A stretch of DNA of 64,000 nucleotides from a virus. Its lineage: Duplodnaviria > Caudoviricetes. How positions within the stretch are numbered: position 1 is the stretch's first letter; every line of letters begins with the position of its first letter. The notes under the pieces are model-generated. The model ran no database searches and was not told the DNA's origin. It saw only the letters and a list, made by a program, of their open reading frames with translations. Both the position numbers and the translations under genes were made by a program. Positions 1 to 9,979 of this stretch are shown piece after piece. Location of the stretch: IMG/VR virus record IMGVR_UViG_3300030330_006022, positions 1 through 64,000 of that record; one strand, 5' to 3'.

Positions 1-49
1 ACGATCTATTTATAGAGAAAATAATTTATTTTAAAGGAGATTTTAAGTT

Positions 50-625
50 ATGCGCAAAAAATTATTATCTGAAGCCCAAGTTCGTCGTTTCCAGAGCTTG
101 GCTAGTATTAAACCACTAAACGAAATGGACTCTTCATACAAAAAACACGATGATGAAGATAAAATGGAAGAAGCCTATGGTGACGAAGCTGCTATGAAAG
201 ACGATGAACCTATGGAAGGTCTTTATGAAGAAGAAGACGAAGAAATGGGTGAAGAAGGTATGGATGAAGCTGATGTTGAATTAGATGAAGAATTAGTTGA
301 AAAATTCATGGAAGCTGCTGCTACAATTCAAGAAGTTTCTGATGCTCTTGGCGGTGGTGCTGGTGGAGACATGGATGATGATATGGACATGGGTGGAGAT
401 GAACCTGCCGATGACATGGATATGGACATGGGTGGAGATGAACCTGAAGCTGAAGAAGGTGGAGATGATGAAGAAATGGCTCTTCAAGAAGCTCTTCGTG
501 GAATCAACTATGTACCTTCTCAAAAAGAAATCGTTAAGACCGTTGCTCAAAGAGTCGCTAAAAGACTTCAAGAAGCTAAACAAGCTCAAGCTCGATTGAA
601 TCGTGCTCTTGGAAAAAGATATTAA
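50..625 (+). CDS. acidic low-complexity protein, probable virion/scaffold-type
   Basis: ORF with AAGGAG RBS; D/E/M/G-rich middle containing a 28-nt direct repeat (380-407, 419-446); LSE/LNE/LQE motifs. Confidence 0.6.
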   Translation: MRKKLLSEAQVRRFQSLASIKPLNEMDSSYKKHDDEDKMEEAYGDEAAMKDDEPMEGLYEEEDEEMGEEGMDEADVELDEELVEKFMEAAATIQEVSDALGGGAGGDMDDDMDMGGDEPADDMDMDMGGDEPEAEEGGDDEEMALQEALRGINYVPSQKEIVKTVAQRVAKRLQEAKQAQARLNRALGKRY

Positions 626-627
626 TT

Positions 628-951
628 ATGAAACTAACCAACAAACAATTACAGCAAATAATTAAAGAAGAGTTGGTAAATGTCATGAGAGAAATGGAAG
701 CTCCATCAGGACAAACTAGAATGGATTATGTCGGAGACATGGAAGTCTTAGAGCAAGATCTACAAGCCTCTATCTACGACAATAACCTCTCACAAGATGC
801 AGCGGACACTATCCTAGGTGCATTTAACTTTCGAGAAGTGACACGACAAACAATAGCGAACCAAATCAAAATAGCTATGATGGACGATCCAGCAAATGCC
901 GAGATTTATCAAGGCATGATCATTGATAACGATCTTCCAGAACCACAATAA
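628..951 (+). CDS. hypothetical protein with MKLTNKQLQQIIKEEL N-terminal tag
   Basis: N-terminus shared with ORFs at 2634, 28378, 29181, 29789 and 36783. Confidence 0.7.
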   Translation: MKLTNKQLQQIIKEELVNVMREMEAPSGQTRMDYVGDMEVLEQDLQASIYDNNLSQDAADTILGAFNFREVTRQTIANQIKIAMMDDPANAEIYQGMIIDNDLPEPQ

Positions 952-963
952 ATAATTATTTAC

Positions 964-991
964 TTGACAAAAGTTAAAAATGTGTTATACT
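964..991 (+). promoter_or_regulatory. sigma70-type promoter
   Basis: TTGACA-N16-TATACT with TG extended -10. Confidence 0.7.
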
Positions 992-993
992 AT

Positions 994-1026
994 AAGGACA
1001 AGCTAATCACTTGTCCTTTATTTTTT
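994..1026 (+). terminator. hairpin plus T-tract (terminator for upstream genes, or attenuator)
   Basis: AAGGACAAG-ctaatca-CTTGTCCTT followed by TATTTTTT. Confidence 0.5.
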
Positions 1027-1056
1027 AAAGAATTCATTTACAACAAAGGAGGCAAA

Positions 1057-1749
1057 ATGAAATTCACCAAAAAGAAAAACAAAGCAATCGTTGAGGATAG
1101 CCAAGGCGATGAAGTAACCGAAGAGATTACCTCTCAAGAAGACATTGAAGCTGCAAAAGATATGCTAGCGGCAATGATGAGTGGACCACCCGAAGAGGAA
1201 ATGCCTTCAACATTTATGTTGTATGGTGATGTTAATGAAGAAAGAGCAAGTGATATTGTGTCTGCTTTGTTGTTGCTTGGAGACAAGAAACGTGTTGATA
1301 AAGCAAAGAAGAAACTTCCTGAAGGTGAAGAACTTGATGATATTAAGTTTTATCTCTCAACCTATGGTGGCTCTGCTGATGACATGATGGCTATCTATGA
1401 TATGATGAGGTTAACTAAGCTAAATCGAGACATTGAAACAATAGGCATGGGAAAGATTATGTCGGCTGGAACTTTATTGCTAGCTGCCGGTACAAGAGGA
1501 AAACGTAAAATTATGAAGAACTGTCGGGTTATGATTCATGCTGTTTCTGCTGGCTCGATGGGCACCATACACAATCTTGTTAATGAAATGGAAGAAATTC
1601 AAAACATTCAAGACGCTTATATAACTGCTTTATGTGCTGAAACACTACTTACTAAGAGACAGTTGAAAAAGATGTTGGATCAAAAAGTAAATGTGTATCT
1701 TACCGCCGAGGAAGCTGTCGAATATGGATTAGCAGACGAGGTTATTTAA
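1057..1749 (+). CDS. clpP: ClpP-like ATP-dependent protease proteolytic subunit
   Basis: STYGGS, IMSAGT (catalytic Ser), MIHAV (His), YLTAEEAVEYGLADEVI; start reassigned to the ATG after GGAGG. Confidence 0.9.
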   Translation: MKFTKKKNKAIVEDSQGDEVTEEITSQEDIEAAKDMLAAMMSGPPEEEMPSTFMLYGDVNEERASDIVSALLLLGDKKRVDKAKKKLPEGEELDDIKFYLSTYGGSADDMMAIYDMMRLTKLNRDIETIGMGKIMSAGTLLLAAGTRGKRKIMKNCRVMIHAVSAGSMGTIHNLVNEMEEIQNIQDAYITALCAETLLTKRQLKKMLDQKVNVYLTAEEAVEYGLADEVI

Positions 1750-2634
1750 ATGGACGCAGAATTTTACAACGAATCATCATCGTTGAAATTAGGATGGACA
1801 CCCGACTGGTTCGGGTGTTCTGAATTTGATGAGGATCTTACCCAAGCAATAAAAGATTATCAAAAATCAATAGGACTTAAAGCCGACGGACTTTGTGGAC
1901 CTGGTACCTATAGAAGGATCTGGACTGACAGAGAATCGGCTCTTCCTTTTTTACAGGATGAAGTTCCCGAACACAAGAACACCAGCATTATTTACAACAA
2001 TGATTATTATGACATTGATTGGCCAAAGGTCGTTCTTCCTTTTATGAAAGGCGGAATGAAATTAACCAAAGGATACAAGAAAGTTGTGGAGAAAAGAACT
2101 CCAACAAATTTTGTATGTCATTGGGATGTGTGTCTTAGTTCTAAGTCATGCTTTAAGGTTCTTAAGAACAGAGGCTTGTCAGTGCATTTTCTTATAGACA
2201 ACGATGGAACTATTTACCAGATCCTCGACATGAACCACATAGCCTATCACGCAGGCGGATCAAAGTGGAACGCTAATTCTATTGGTGTGGAAATAGCCAA
2301 TGCTTATTATCCTAAACACCAGAAATGGTATATTAAGAACGGTTTTGGAGAGCGTCCTATATGGAAGGAAAAGAAAGTTCACGGAAGCTATCTAGAGCCA
2401 TTTATGGGCTTTTATGACGTACAATTGAGGGCTCTTAAAGCTTTGATGAAAGCTGTCAATGAAGCAACAGGAATTCCATTGGAAACACCAAACTCCTCAA
2501 CAACATCAGCACCAGCAGTTAGAGGAACTTACAAGGGTTTTATCTCGCACTTCCACCTGAAAAAAAACAAGATAGATTGTGCTGGATTGGATCTAAAACA
2601 ACTAATTATAGACATAAATGAAGGAGAATATTGA
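1750..2634 (+). CDS. N-acetylmuramoyl-L-alanine amidase (Amidase_2) with peptidoglycan-binding domain; endolysin-like
   Basis: AIKDYQKSIGLKADGLCGPGT PG-binding motif; VCHWD, SVHFLID, AYHAG, SIGVEI, SHFHL..KIDC. Confidence 0.88.
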   Translation: MDAEFYNESSSLKLGWTPDWFGCSEFDEDLTQAIKDYQKSIGLKADGLCGPGTYRRIWTDRESALPFLQDEVPEHKNTSIIYNNDYYDIDWPKVVLPFMKGGMKLTKGYKKVVEKRTPTNFVCHWDVCLSSKSCFKVLKNRGLSVHFLIDNDGTIYQILDMNHIAYHAGGSKWNANSIGVEIANAYYPKHQKWYIKNGFGERPIWKEKKVHGSYLEPFMGFYDVQLRALKALMKAVNEATGIPLETPNSSTTSAPAVRGTYKGFISHFHLKKNKIDCAGLDLKQLIIDINEGEY

Positions 2635-4274
2635 TGTCAAATAAACTAACAAAACAAAAAATTGAAAAAATGGTCGAGGAATTGTTACAAGAGAAAAAAC
2701 TATCTTACCCTATTAAACCAGATGATGAAAGATTAGAAAAATACACGTCAAAGAAACCCACTGTTGCACAATTGAAAAAAATAGCTGGATATGAACTCAA
2801 CGCTGATGAAATAACAATTGAAGATCTAGTTGCTGCTTTGGAAAAAAAACTAGCAGCTGACGATGACAATAAAAAACCAGATCCAGATGATGTAAAAGTT
2901 CTTAATTATTTCAAAAATCTTGTAACAGCTCCTGGTAGTAGTGGGAGTAAATACAAATTCATACAAGCTGATAATGATGTGACTTGGCAAAACTTAAAAA
3001 GTAGCTCAAGAAATGTAGGTTCAGGAACTTCACTAGGACAAGACTTTAAAAGTGATAGAAGTGATGACACATATGCCAGTCAAGAACCAGGTGAAGACGT
3101 TTACTCTCCTATACCAGCAATAGACATGCCTTATAGAGCTATGCAGACTACAGGAGATTTTGTACCCGGAGAAACTCTAAATTTAAAAGCTCAAATCCCA
3201 TCAAGAACACTTAATGTATTCAAATCTCAGCTAAACACAAAGCATAATGGAGATATAGAAGAATATTTTAAGGATTTGCAAATTTTTGCTGAAAATCTAG
3301 CAGCTGCGGCAGGATCTACAGATGCTGAAATTACTGGTATTTCTCAAGCAGAGGCTGAAAAACATTTAGCAGCAATGGATAGTGCAGAATTTTTCAATAC
3401 AGGTACAATTCTTAAAACTTTAGCAAAAATAACCAAAGAATTTCAAGGAGCATCGGCCGGGACAATTTTTGAAACTTTATTAGCTTTAATTATTGGAGGT
3501 GGTATTTACGGTGGTGCAGGAGCAGCTGCTGACGTTGTTGCAGGAAAAAAAGGAAAAGTCATGTTTAGTGCTAAAAATTACGCTGATTCTCCAAAAGGCA
3601 AGCAAAATAAAAGTAACGTTATGAATGAAATAGAAAATGTAAATGATACTTTATGGTATGTTTGTTTTACAAAAAGAGGAGGCGCTTCACCTGCTGCTAG
3701 TGATGAAGAGTTACAAGGTTTTTCCAAAGTAGACCTTTATATTTCTGGTATAAGAAGAATAGCTGAAGAAAACAAAAATACCAGCTTCGTAGCGGTAAAA
3801 GCAGATGGAGTAACAAAAATAGGTGGCTATGGTGACAGCGCCGGCCCAAAAGGAGGCAGTTTTATGAAAAAATCATCAAAGGATGTCACTATTATTTGGC
3901 ACACGGGTGCTCCTGATTTTTCAATTCCTATTTCTGATAAATGGGTTGATAACGACACTATAGTTAGTTTTGACAAGATGTTCAAGAATGCTGTTGATAA
4001 TACCAAAGATCAGGTCAAGAAAAAAATAGCAGAAATGTTTGAATTATTAGATTCTATGGAAAAAAATTCACAAAGCTTTTTGGCTACTAAAGAACCAAAA
4101 TTTGCTGAGAAAGTTAAAGGGGACTATGATGTTTTAGCTCCAACTATAAAATCTGGATTAGCAACAATACAGGGTGGTGACAAGTTAGCATCTATCCAAG
4201 AATCTAAATTACAAACTCTTGATCAACTCATTGCTGAAACTATGAGAGACATCAAAAGAAAAAGAAAAAAATAA
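2634..4274 (+). CDS. hypothetical protein, probable virion protein
   Basis: long ORF; KLTKQKIEKMVEELLQE N-terminal tag and LDQLIAETMR C-terminal motif. Confidence 0.6.
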   Translation: MSNKLTKQKIEKMVEELLQEKKLSYPIKPDDERLEKYTSKKPTVAQLKKIAGYELNADEITIEDLVAALEKKLAADDDNKKPDPDDVKVLNYFKNLVTAPGSSGSKYKFIQADNDVTWQNLKSSSRNVGSGTSLGQDFKSDRSDDTYASQEPGEDVYSPIPAIDMPYRAMQTTGDFVPGETLNLKAQIPSRTLNVFKSQLNTKHNGDIEEYFKDLQIFAENLAAAAGSTDAEITGISQAEAEKHLAAMDSAEFFNTGTILKTLAKITKEFQGASAGTIFETLLALIIGGGIYGGAGAAADVVAGKKGKVMFSAKNYADSPKGKQNKSNVMNEIENVNDTLWYVCFTKRGGASPAASDEELQGFSKVDLYISGIRRIAEENKNTSFVAVKADGVTKIGGYGDSAGPKGGSFMKKSSKDVTIIWHTGAPDFSIPISDKWVDNDTIVSFDKMFKNAVDNTKDQVKKKIAEMFELLDSMEKNSQSFLATKEPKFAEKVKGDYDVLAPTIKSGLATIQGGDKLASIQESKLQTLDQLIAETMRDIKRKRKK

Positions 4275-4275
4275 C

Positions 4276-4304
4276 TTGACAAATAATACAAAAGCGGTTA
4301 TAAT
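4276..4304 (+). promoter_or_regulatory. sigma70-type promoter upstream of groEL
   Basis: TTGACA-N17-TATAAT. Confidence 0.8.
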
Positions 4305-4333
4305 ATAAATATAAGTTTAAACATGGAGGCCAA

Positions 4334-5905
4334 ATGAACAAAACTTATTCAAATGGTAGTGCTTTGTCCGAAGCCCTATTAAAAGGAATTGATACGTTAG
4401 CAGACAATGTTGCTAGCACTCTCGGACCAAAAGGAAGGAATGTTATTCTTTATCACAAAGAAGAAGATATGCCTGTCGTAACAAAAGATGGAGTTACCAT
4501 CGCAAAGTTTATTGAGTTGGATGACCCACTAGAGCACGTTGGAGCCCAAATCGTTAAACAAGCAGCCGAACAATCAGCCAACCAAGCAGGAGACGGAACT
4601 ACAACAACTACCGTTCTTGCAAGAGAGATGATCCGTGGCGCTCAACGATACATAGCAACTGGTGTTTCACCAACAGAATTGAAGAGAGGAATGGATCAAG
4701 CTTGTGAACAGATAGTGGACACACTAAAAGAACAAGCAAGACAGATTCGTTCTCAAGCAGACATCAAAGACATCGCAACCATTTCAGCCAATAATGATTC
4801 ATCAATAGGAACGCTCATAGCAACAGCAGTTGATTCCGCAGGTAAGGATGGCTCTGTGTTGATCGAAGAAGCCAAGAGCCTTAAGACCACCTTGGACTTA
4901 ATAGAAGGCTTCAGATTTGATTCTGGATACCTTGCTTCGGCTTTTATAACTAATGAAAGAAGTGGAACAGTAGAATATGATAACCCACTCATTTTGGTCA
5001 CAGATGAAAAAATAGAACACGTTGAGCAGATATTGCCAACACTCGAACTTGCAGCAAGGGAGTCCCGACCATTACTTATTGTGGCCTCCGAGGTCGAAGG
5101 ACAAGCCCTTGCTGCTCTTATTATGAATACAGTTAGAGGAACCTTGAAGGTTGCTGCTGTTAAAGCTCCACGTTACGGAGAGGAGCGGAGAAATATACTT
5201 CGTGATCTGTGTACATCAATTGGTGCCACATTTGTAACAAGAGAAGATGGAAAGCAAATTAAAGAAATACAGTTAGGCTGGTTTGGTCAATCTAAATCAG
5301 TTTCTGTTTCTAAACTATGGACAACTATCGTTGGAGGTAAAGGAGATTATGAAGCCATTGATAAACAGATTGATGTTCTCAAAGTTGAGATCAAGAACAC
5401 GGACAACCTCAAAGAATGTGAACGCATTCAAGAGAGAATTACACGTCTCGCTTCTGGTGTGGCTGTTATTCGTGTCGGTGCGTCTACCGAAATCGAAATG
5501 ATTGAGAAGAAACATCGCATCGAAGATGCCCTTGAAGCAGTCAGATCAGCACAACAGATGGGCGTTATTGCTGGTGGTGGTTCTGCCCTGGCTAAGATAG
5601 CAGACCAAGTTCAAGTTATGGATGTAACATCAGAGCAGAAACTTGGGTTTAAGATTGTTATTGATGCTTGTACAGCTCCGCTAAAACAAATGGCTTTAAA
5701 TGCCGGAGAGTCCCCCGACCTTATCATTCAGAAGGTTCAAGGCTCAGCAAAGACAGAGGGTTATAATTTTATGTCCAATCAAATAGAGGACTTCTTCGAG
5801 ACAGGTATTATTGATCCTGTTAAAGTTACAATCTCTGCAATTCAAAATTCAGTTTCTGTTGCTTCAACACTAATTACAACAAACCATGCTGTGGTAAAAA
5901 TGTAG
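4334..5905 (+). CDS. groEL: chaperonin GroEL (phage-encoded)
   Basis: TLGPKGRNV, VTKDGVT, AGDGTTTT, AVKAP.YG, GGG, IIDPVKV; no GGM tail. Confidence 0.96.
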   Translation: MNKTYSNGSALSEALLKGIDTLADNVASTLGPKGRNVILYHKEEDMPVVTKDGVTIAKFIELDDPLEHVGAQIVKQAAEQSANQAGDGTTTTTVLAREMIRGAQRYIATGVSPTELKRGMDQACEQIVDTLKEQARQIRSQADIKDIATISANNDSSIGTLIATAVDSAGKDGSVLIEEAKSLKTTLDLIEGFRFDSGYLASAFITNERSGTVEYDNPLILVTDEKIEHVEQILPTLELAARESRPLLIVASEVEGQALAALIMNTVRGTLKVAAVKAPRYGEERRNILRDLCTSIGATFVTREDGKQIKEIQLGWFGQSKSVSVSKLWTTIVGGKGDYEAIDKQIDVLKVEIKNTDNLKECERIQERITRLASGVAVIRVGASTEIEMIEKKHRIEDALEAVRSAQQMGVIAGGGSALAKIADQVQVMDVTSEQKLGFKIVIDACTAPLKQMALNAGESPDLIIQKVQGSAKTEGYNFMSNQIEDFFETGIIDPVKVTISAIQNSVSVASTLITTNHAVVKM

Positions 5906-5915
5906 AGGAACACAT

Positions 5916-6179
5916 ATGACTGATGAACAAATGCAGAATCTTCTAACCTCAATTATTGAGATGAAGAACAATTTGGAAAGGATGGCAGAGAAACAAGAAG
6001 AAATGCACGATGATGTAAAAAAGATCAACGAGGCTATTTATAATCCAGAACAAGGCATTTATGCCAGACTTAAAGCAATTGAAAACTGGAAAGAATCTAT
6101 TTCAAAAGTAATTTGGACTATTGGAACTGGTTTTATTGCTTTAATATTAAATACTTTATATCAAAACATTGGAGGTTAA
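5916..6179 (+). CDS. small coiled-coil protein with C-terminal transmembrane helix
   Basis: heptad-rich N-terminus, hydrophobic VIWTIGTGFIALIL. Confidence 0.6.
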   Translation: MTDEQMQNLLTSIIEMKNNLERMAEKQEEMHDDVKKINEAIYNPEQGIYARLKAIENWKESISKVIWTIGTGFIALILNTLYQNIGG

Positions 6180-6491
6180 ATGAAAGTAAAAATAGCATAC
6201 ACGGTAAATCTAGAAGATATACCACAAGAAGTATCAGACTTGATGACTAAGGCTGTTGAAGCTACAGAGGACGCTGCTGATGCGTCTAGAAGAATCAAAG
6301 GATTGTTGCCAGTTGGAACTATCACTATTGCTGAAGCCAGAAAGGAATTAGACTTTGTTAGAAGAAGAATGGAATTAGCAGATACAGTTTTTTCTGATTG
6401 CGTAGGTATCTTGGAGGGCTATGAAAACGCATTAAAGCAAATAGAAGAAAAAGAATTACAGGAGGAAAAAAATGAAATTCAAGATGGGTGA
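6180..6491 (+). CDS. hypothetical protein
   Basis: ORF with GGAGG RBS in a compact operon. Confidence 0.6.
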   Translation: MKVKIAYTVNLEDIPQEVSDLMTKAVEATEDAADASRRIKGLLPVGTITIAEARKELDFVRRRMELADTVFSDCVGILEGYENALKQIEEKELQEEKNEIQDG

Positions 6492-6762
6492 TCTTGTTCA
6501 TGTGCCAACAGGATCTTATAGAATTTTATATACAAGAGAAGAAGATGATGGACAAATGCACATACCATTCACCTTCTCAATAACACAAGAGCCAAAAGTA
6601 GGTGTATTTAAAAACTACTTTGGTTCAAGCGAGTGCGTGATACTTTTCAATGATGGAGAGTATTGCGTAGACACCCGTTGGGTTTTTAAAAAACAAGGAG
6701 TAAAAGAAAATGATAGAACTTATTACAATTTTTCAAACAAGTCAAAGCTGGTATCTCAATAA
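6472..6762 (+). CDS. SH3/KOW-like hypothetical protein
   Basis: FKMGDLVHV N-terminus. Confidence 0.55.
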   Translation: MKFKMGDLVHVPTGSYRILYTREEDDGQMHIPFTFSITQEPKVGVFKNYFGSSECVILFNDGEYCVDTRWVFKKQGVKENDRTYYNFSNKSKLVSQ

Positions 6763-6985
6763 AATATTTGTCAATTCTAATCATATGGTTTCAATCATTG
6801 AAGACCTGGAACACTATAAACTTATGAAAGAGGGTAAGATAGATCTACCTTTAGATAACAATGTTCGCTTTTCAAAAGTAAAGATGAACCCAGCGACTGG
6901 TTTTGATCAACTTATTGTTGTTGGAAGTCCAAGCATGATAATGGAAAAAATAAATAAAAACACAAAACAATTACTAAAAGGATAA
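6710..6985 (+). CDS. FlbD/SwrD-like small protein
   Basis: MIEL...IFVNSNHMVSIIE...IVVGSPSMIMEKI pattern. Confidence 0.4.
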   Translation: MIELITIFQTSQSWYLNKIFVNSNHMVSIIEDLEHYKLMKEGKIDLPLDNNVRFSKVKMNPATGFDQLIVVGSPSMIMEKINKNTKQLLKG

Positions 6986-6987
6986 AT

Positions 6988-7242
6988 ATGTACAATATAT
7001 ATGGATTAAAATGGTGTATTTTTTGTTTAAGAGCAATTAACTTTATGCAGGAAAAAGGTTTGGAATTTCATTACTACCCTATGGACAAACAAAAAAAAGT
7101 TTTAGAATATTTAAAACAAGATTATGGACACAAAACTGTGCCTATAATTGTCGAAAATGTTAATGGTGAAGAAGTGTTAATAGGAGGATATGATGACTTT
7201 GTCAAGCACATCAGACAGCAGGAAAATCAAAAAAGCGATTAG
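6988..7242 (+). CDS. glutaredoxin
   Basis: CIFC active site, TVP, LIGGYDD. Confidence 0.9.
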   Translation: MYNIYGLKWCIFCLRAINFMQEKGLEFHYYPMDKQKKVLEYLKQDYGHKTVPIIVENVNGEEVLIGGYDDFVKHIRQQENQKSD

Positions 7243-7615
7243 TTTAGTATTAAAAGAGCTTGAGTTTCACCTTTGCTGTGAGATTGTAAGAACAAGAGAT
7301 CACAAACAATCTTTTGTTGTTTTAAATTGGGTTATTGATGAGGAAGACTTTTATATAGCCCACGTTATGTACAGAAAGAAAAAGAAAAACTGGGATACAC
7401 TTCTAGACCTTCTACCAGTTTTAGGAATGGCGTGGGAACATTATGATTTGTTTGGTAATGGACAAACACGACCAAGTGATCATATGTCAAAAATGCAGGC
7501 TACTCTGTACCATTGGCAAATTGCAATTGATTATTTACAAAGAGAAGGAATAAATATTAACAAAGCAGAGTGTTTTAAACACATGCTACAACAAACTACA
7601 AAATGGAGTTATTAA
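7190..7615 (+). CDS. hypothetical protein
   Basis: ORF with GGAGG RBS. Confidence 0.5.
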   Translation: MMTLSSTSDSRKIKKAISLVLKELEFHLCCEIVRTRDHKQSFVVLNWVIDEEDFYIAHVMYRKKKKNWDTLLDLLPVLGMAWEHYDLFGNGQTRPSDHMSKMQATLYHWQIAIDYLQREGININKAECFKHMLQQTTKWSY

Positions 7616-7941
7616 TGAAAGTAGAAAAACCGTGGGGACACGAAATCCGTTGGGCAATAACCGAGAAGTATCTTGGAAAGATCCTACACATAGATGCTGG
7701 TCATCAACTATCCCTTCAATATCATGAAGTAAAAGATGAATCAGTCTATGTTCTTGAAGGAACCTTGCTTGTTAAAGACAAAGAAAGAGTAAGAATACTT
7801 GAAGAAGGAGAGTCCATGAGAATCCAACCTGGGACTATCCACAGGTTTTGTGCTCCACATACTACCCATGTTAAATTAATAGAAGTCTCAACTCCGGAGA
7901 TAGATGATGTTATACGCCTAGAGGATGACTACGGTAGATAA
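7615..7941 (+). CDS. cupin (mannose-6-phosphate isomerase C-terminal type)
   Basis: VEKPWG, LSLQYH..KDE, PGTIHRF, IEVSTPEIDDVIRLEDDYGR. Confidence 0.85.
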   Translation: MKVEKPWGHEIRWAITEKYLGKILHIDAGHQLSLQYHEVKDESVYVLEGTLLVKDKERVRILEEGESMRIQPGTIHRFCAPHTTHVKLIEVSTPEIDDVIRLEDDYGR

Positions 7942-8004
7942 TTTAAGGACATAAAGAAATAAAGCCACATTGTATTCTACTTACTAATAGAGGGAGAGGG
8001 ATAT

Positions 8005-8724
8005 ATGTGGCTTTTTTTGTTGTTAAGTTGTCGATTGTTTTACTATGGTGATGATGAAGTATCACAAGTAGAAGTTACAAAAGTAGTTAGTGGTTGGAAC
8101 GTGGGTCTAAATAGATCATACGCCTCTTCATTAAAAGTTATGGTCATGACTGAGGACGGACCTATTGGACACGGATCAGGTAATCTGTTTCACTATTATA
8201 GTGAATTTTTTGTAGTCACAGCTGCTCACGTTGTTAGTGAAAATTTAGACTACCTCTTACAAGAAGAAAATGGAAACGTAGTATCGTGTAGAGTTATATA
8301 CAGAGATATTGGAAATGATATAGCCATAATAAAACCTTATGGCGAATTTACAAAGACAATCTCTTCTCCATATCTTGTAAACATGCAGAAAGACTTGATT
8401 GCGCAAGAGTTATATTATGCTGGTAATCCTGGAGAATTAGACCACGTTGCCATACGTGGATGGGTAGCTGAATCAGGACATGATAGAATCATAATGCAGT
8501 CTTTTGCCTGGCCTGGGTCATCAGGATCAGTGGTATTTGATGCCGCTGGTAGAGTTATAGGCGTAGTGAACGCTATTCCTCTTGTTCCTAATTTTTATGA
8601 AGGTACAATGATGCCAATGTCTCAGATCGTTATGGTTCAAAGACTTGAGGTTCTCCCAAGAAAGACAATTAGAGAGGCTCTCTTGAATGAAAAAAAACGC
8701 ATTACAGATTGGAACTCTGATTAG
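8005..8724 (+). CDS. trypsin-like serine protease, probable lipoprotein
   Basis: TAAH, DIA, PGSSGS triad; MWLFLLLSC N-terminus. Confidence 0.85.
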   Translation: MWLFLLLSCRLFYYGDDEVSQVEVTKVVSGWNVGLNRSYASSLKVMVMTEDGPIGHGSGNLFHYYSEFFVVTAAHVVSENLDYLLQEENGNVVSCRVIYRDIGNDIAIIKPYGEFTKTISSPYLVNMQKDLIAQELYYAGNPGELDHVAIRGWVAESGHDRIIMQSFAWPGSSGSVVFDAAGRVIGVVNAIPLVPNFYEGTMMPMSQIVMVQRLEVLPRKTIREALLNEKKRITDWNSD

Positions 8725-8977
8725 AGATAATGATAGGATTGGTATTATTACAAAAGTAATAGAAGTCGGTCAGCTTAATGCAAAAGTGCCCATTATTTCT
8801 TGGAGGGCAAATTATGAAATTACCTATACTGATGGTACTACCCTACTACTGTCCTGTAAGGCTCTTGAGGCTATGATAGCAAATGATGTGGTTGAGGTCT
8901 ACGAACCCTCTACTGCCCTACCCCTCTCCTCTATCCAAACTGGATCTACTGGGGAGGTAGATAGTTATGAAACTTGA
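8687..8977 (+). CDS. SH3-like hypothetical protein
   Basis: LQIGTLI..IGIITKV pattern. Confidence 0.5.
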   Translation: MKKNALQIGTLIRDNDRIGIITKVIEVGQLNAKVPIISWRANYEITYTDGTTLLLSCKALEAMIANDVVEVYEPSTALPLSSIQTGSTGEVDSYET

Positions 8978-9272
8978 AAACCAAATAATAAATAAAAACA
9001 TGTCAAAAGAGCAAGCGATATTGTACTACTTGTTTATTGATGAACAATTGTTGTGCGCATGGTGGGATTATCTTGACGCTTGGGAACATGTAAAAGATAA
9101 TAATATTGCTGAAGCGACAGAGTTTAGAGAAAAAGTAATGCAGACCATGGCTGTGGTTGAATACTGGGAAGACATTCTTGATCAATTAAAAAAGATAATA
9201 TCTTATCAAGATATTGAAGACTATATCAGAGAGCACCCAGAAATAAAAAAATCCTATCTTTTTATGAGATAG
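8967..9272 (+). CDS. hypothetical protein
   Basis: ORF with GGAGG RBS. Confidence 0.55.
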   Translation: MKLENQIINKNMSKEQAILYYLFIDEQLLCAWWDYLDAWEHVKDNNIAEATEFREKVMQTMAVVEYWEDILDQLKKIISYQDIEDYIREHPEIKKSYLFMR

Positions 9273-9275
9273 GAC

Positions 9276-9304
9276 TTGACAGATTAATGTTATCGTGTTA
9301 TAAT
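9276..9304 (+). promoter_or_regulatory. sigma70-type promoter at the left edge of the early island
   Basis: TTGACA-N17-TATAAT, TG extended -10. Confidence 0.8.
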
Positions 9305-9323
9305 ATATAAATGGAGGAACAAA

Positions 9324-9668
9324 ATGACAGAAGAAATAGATAATATTTTAAATTACCTTAAAAAAACTGGGCTAAATTCTATTGACACTAGATCACCAGC
9401 TTGGAAATTATTACATAATAATAAAGTTGACATTCCGATGTCACCGAAGTCAAATAAAATAATTGACATTACGATGAAAGAAGAAAACGGACAAAAAATG
9501 ACCGTTGGTCTTTTGGTGCGACACAGGACAGTTCCACAACTTGGTCTTGGACTTGTTGTCGCTGAGAGCAAGAAACACAAAGGCTATTGGATAGTCCAAT
9601 GGTGTGATAAGCGATACTGTGACGTTGGTGAACTAGGTATTGATCGAGATTATTTGGTGATTGTTTGA
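9324..9668 (+). CDS. hypothetical protein; C-terminal half is a VGxLV mini-domain
   Basis: GGAGG RBS; MTVGLLVRH..LGLVV..YWIVQW. Confidence 0.55.
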   Translation: MTEEIDNILNYLKKTGLNSIDTRSPAWKLLHNNKVDIPMSPKSNKIIDITMKEENGQKMTVGLLVRHRTVPQLGLGLVVAESKKHKGYWIVQWCDKRYCDVGELGIDRDYLVIV

Positions 9669-9671
9669 AAA

Positions 9672-9715
9672 CGGACATTTTTTGACCTTGTTAGATTTGG
9701 CTTGCGTGTTATAAT
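9672..9715 (+). promoter_or_regulatory. palindrome + promoter (abutting class)
   Basis: CGGACATTTTTTGACC|TTGTTA-N16-TATAAT. Confidence 0.75.
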
Positions 9716-9738
9716 ATAAGAGAACAAGCGAGGTGAAT

Positions 9739-9909
9739 ATGATTATGTCTAAATACAAAGTCGGTGACTTAGTGTTGCTTGAAATGACAGATGGTGAAAC
9801 TAGATTGTATGTTGTCATAAGCGAATTATTAGGCTGTACAATAAAAGTAAAAAACATAGCAACAGGAAGAATTGATCGTATGCCACCACGTTGGTTTACA
9901 AAGTTATAA
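9739..9909 (+). CDS. SH3/KOW-like mini-protein (56 aa, not in ORF track)
   Basis: GAGGTG RBS; MIMSKYKVGDLVLL. Confidence 0.75.
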   Translation: MIMSKYKVGDLVLLEMTDGETRLYVVISELLGCTIKVKNIATGRIDRMPPRWFTKL

Positions 9910-9912
9910 AAA

Positions 9913-9956
9913 CGGACATTTTCTGTCCTTGATTTATTTTTGGTTCGTGTTATATT
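9913..9956 (+). promoter_or_regulatory. palindrome + promoter (abutting class)
   Basis: CGGACATTTTCTGTCC|TTGATT-N16-TATATT. Confidence 0.75.
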
Positions 9957-9979
9957 ATAAAAGAACAAGCGAGGTGAAT

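Noticed and set aside
380-446. 28-nt direct repeat in the first ORF
   Set aside because: In-frame duplication (39-nt period) within a low-complexity acidic linker.
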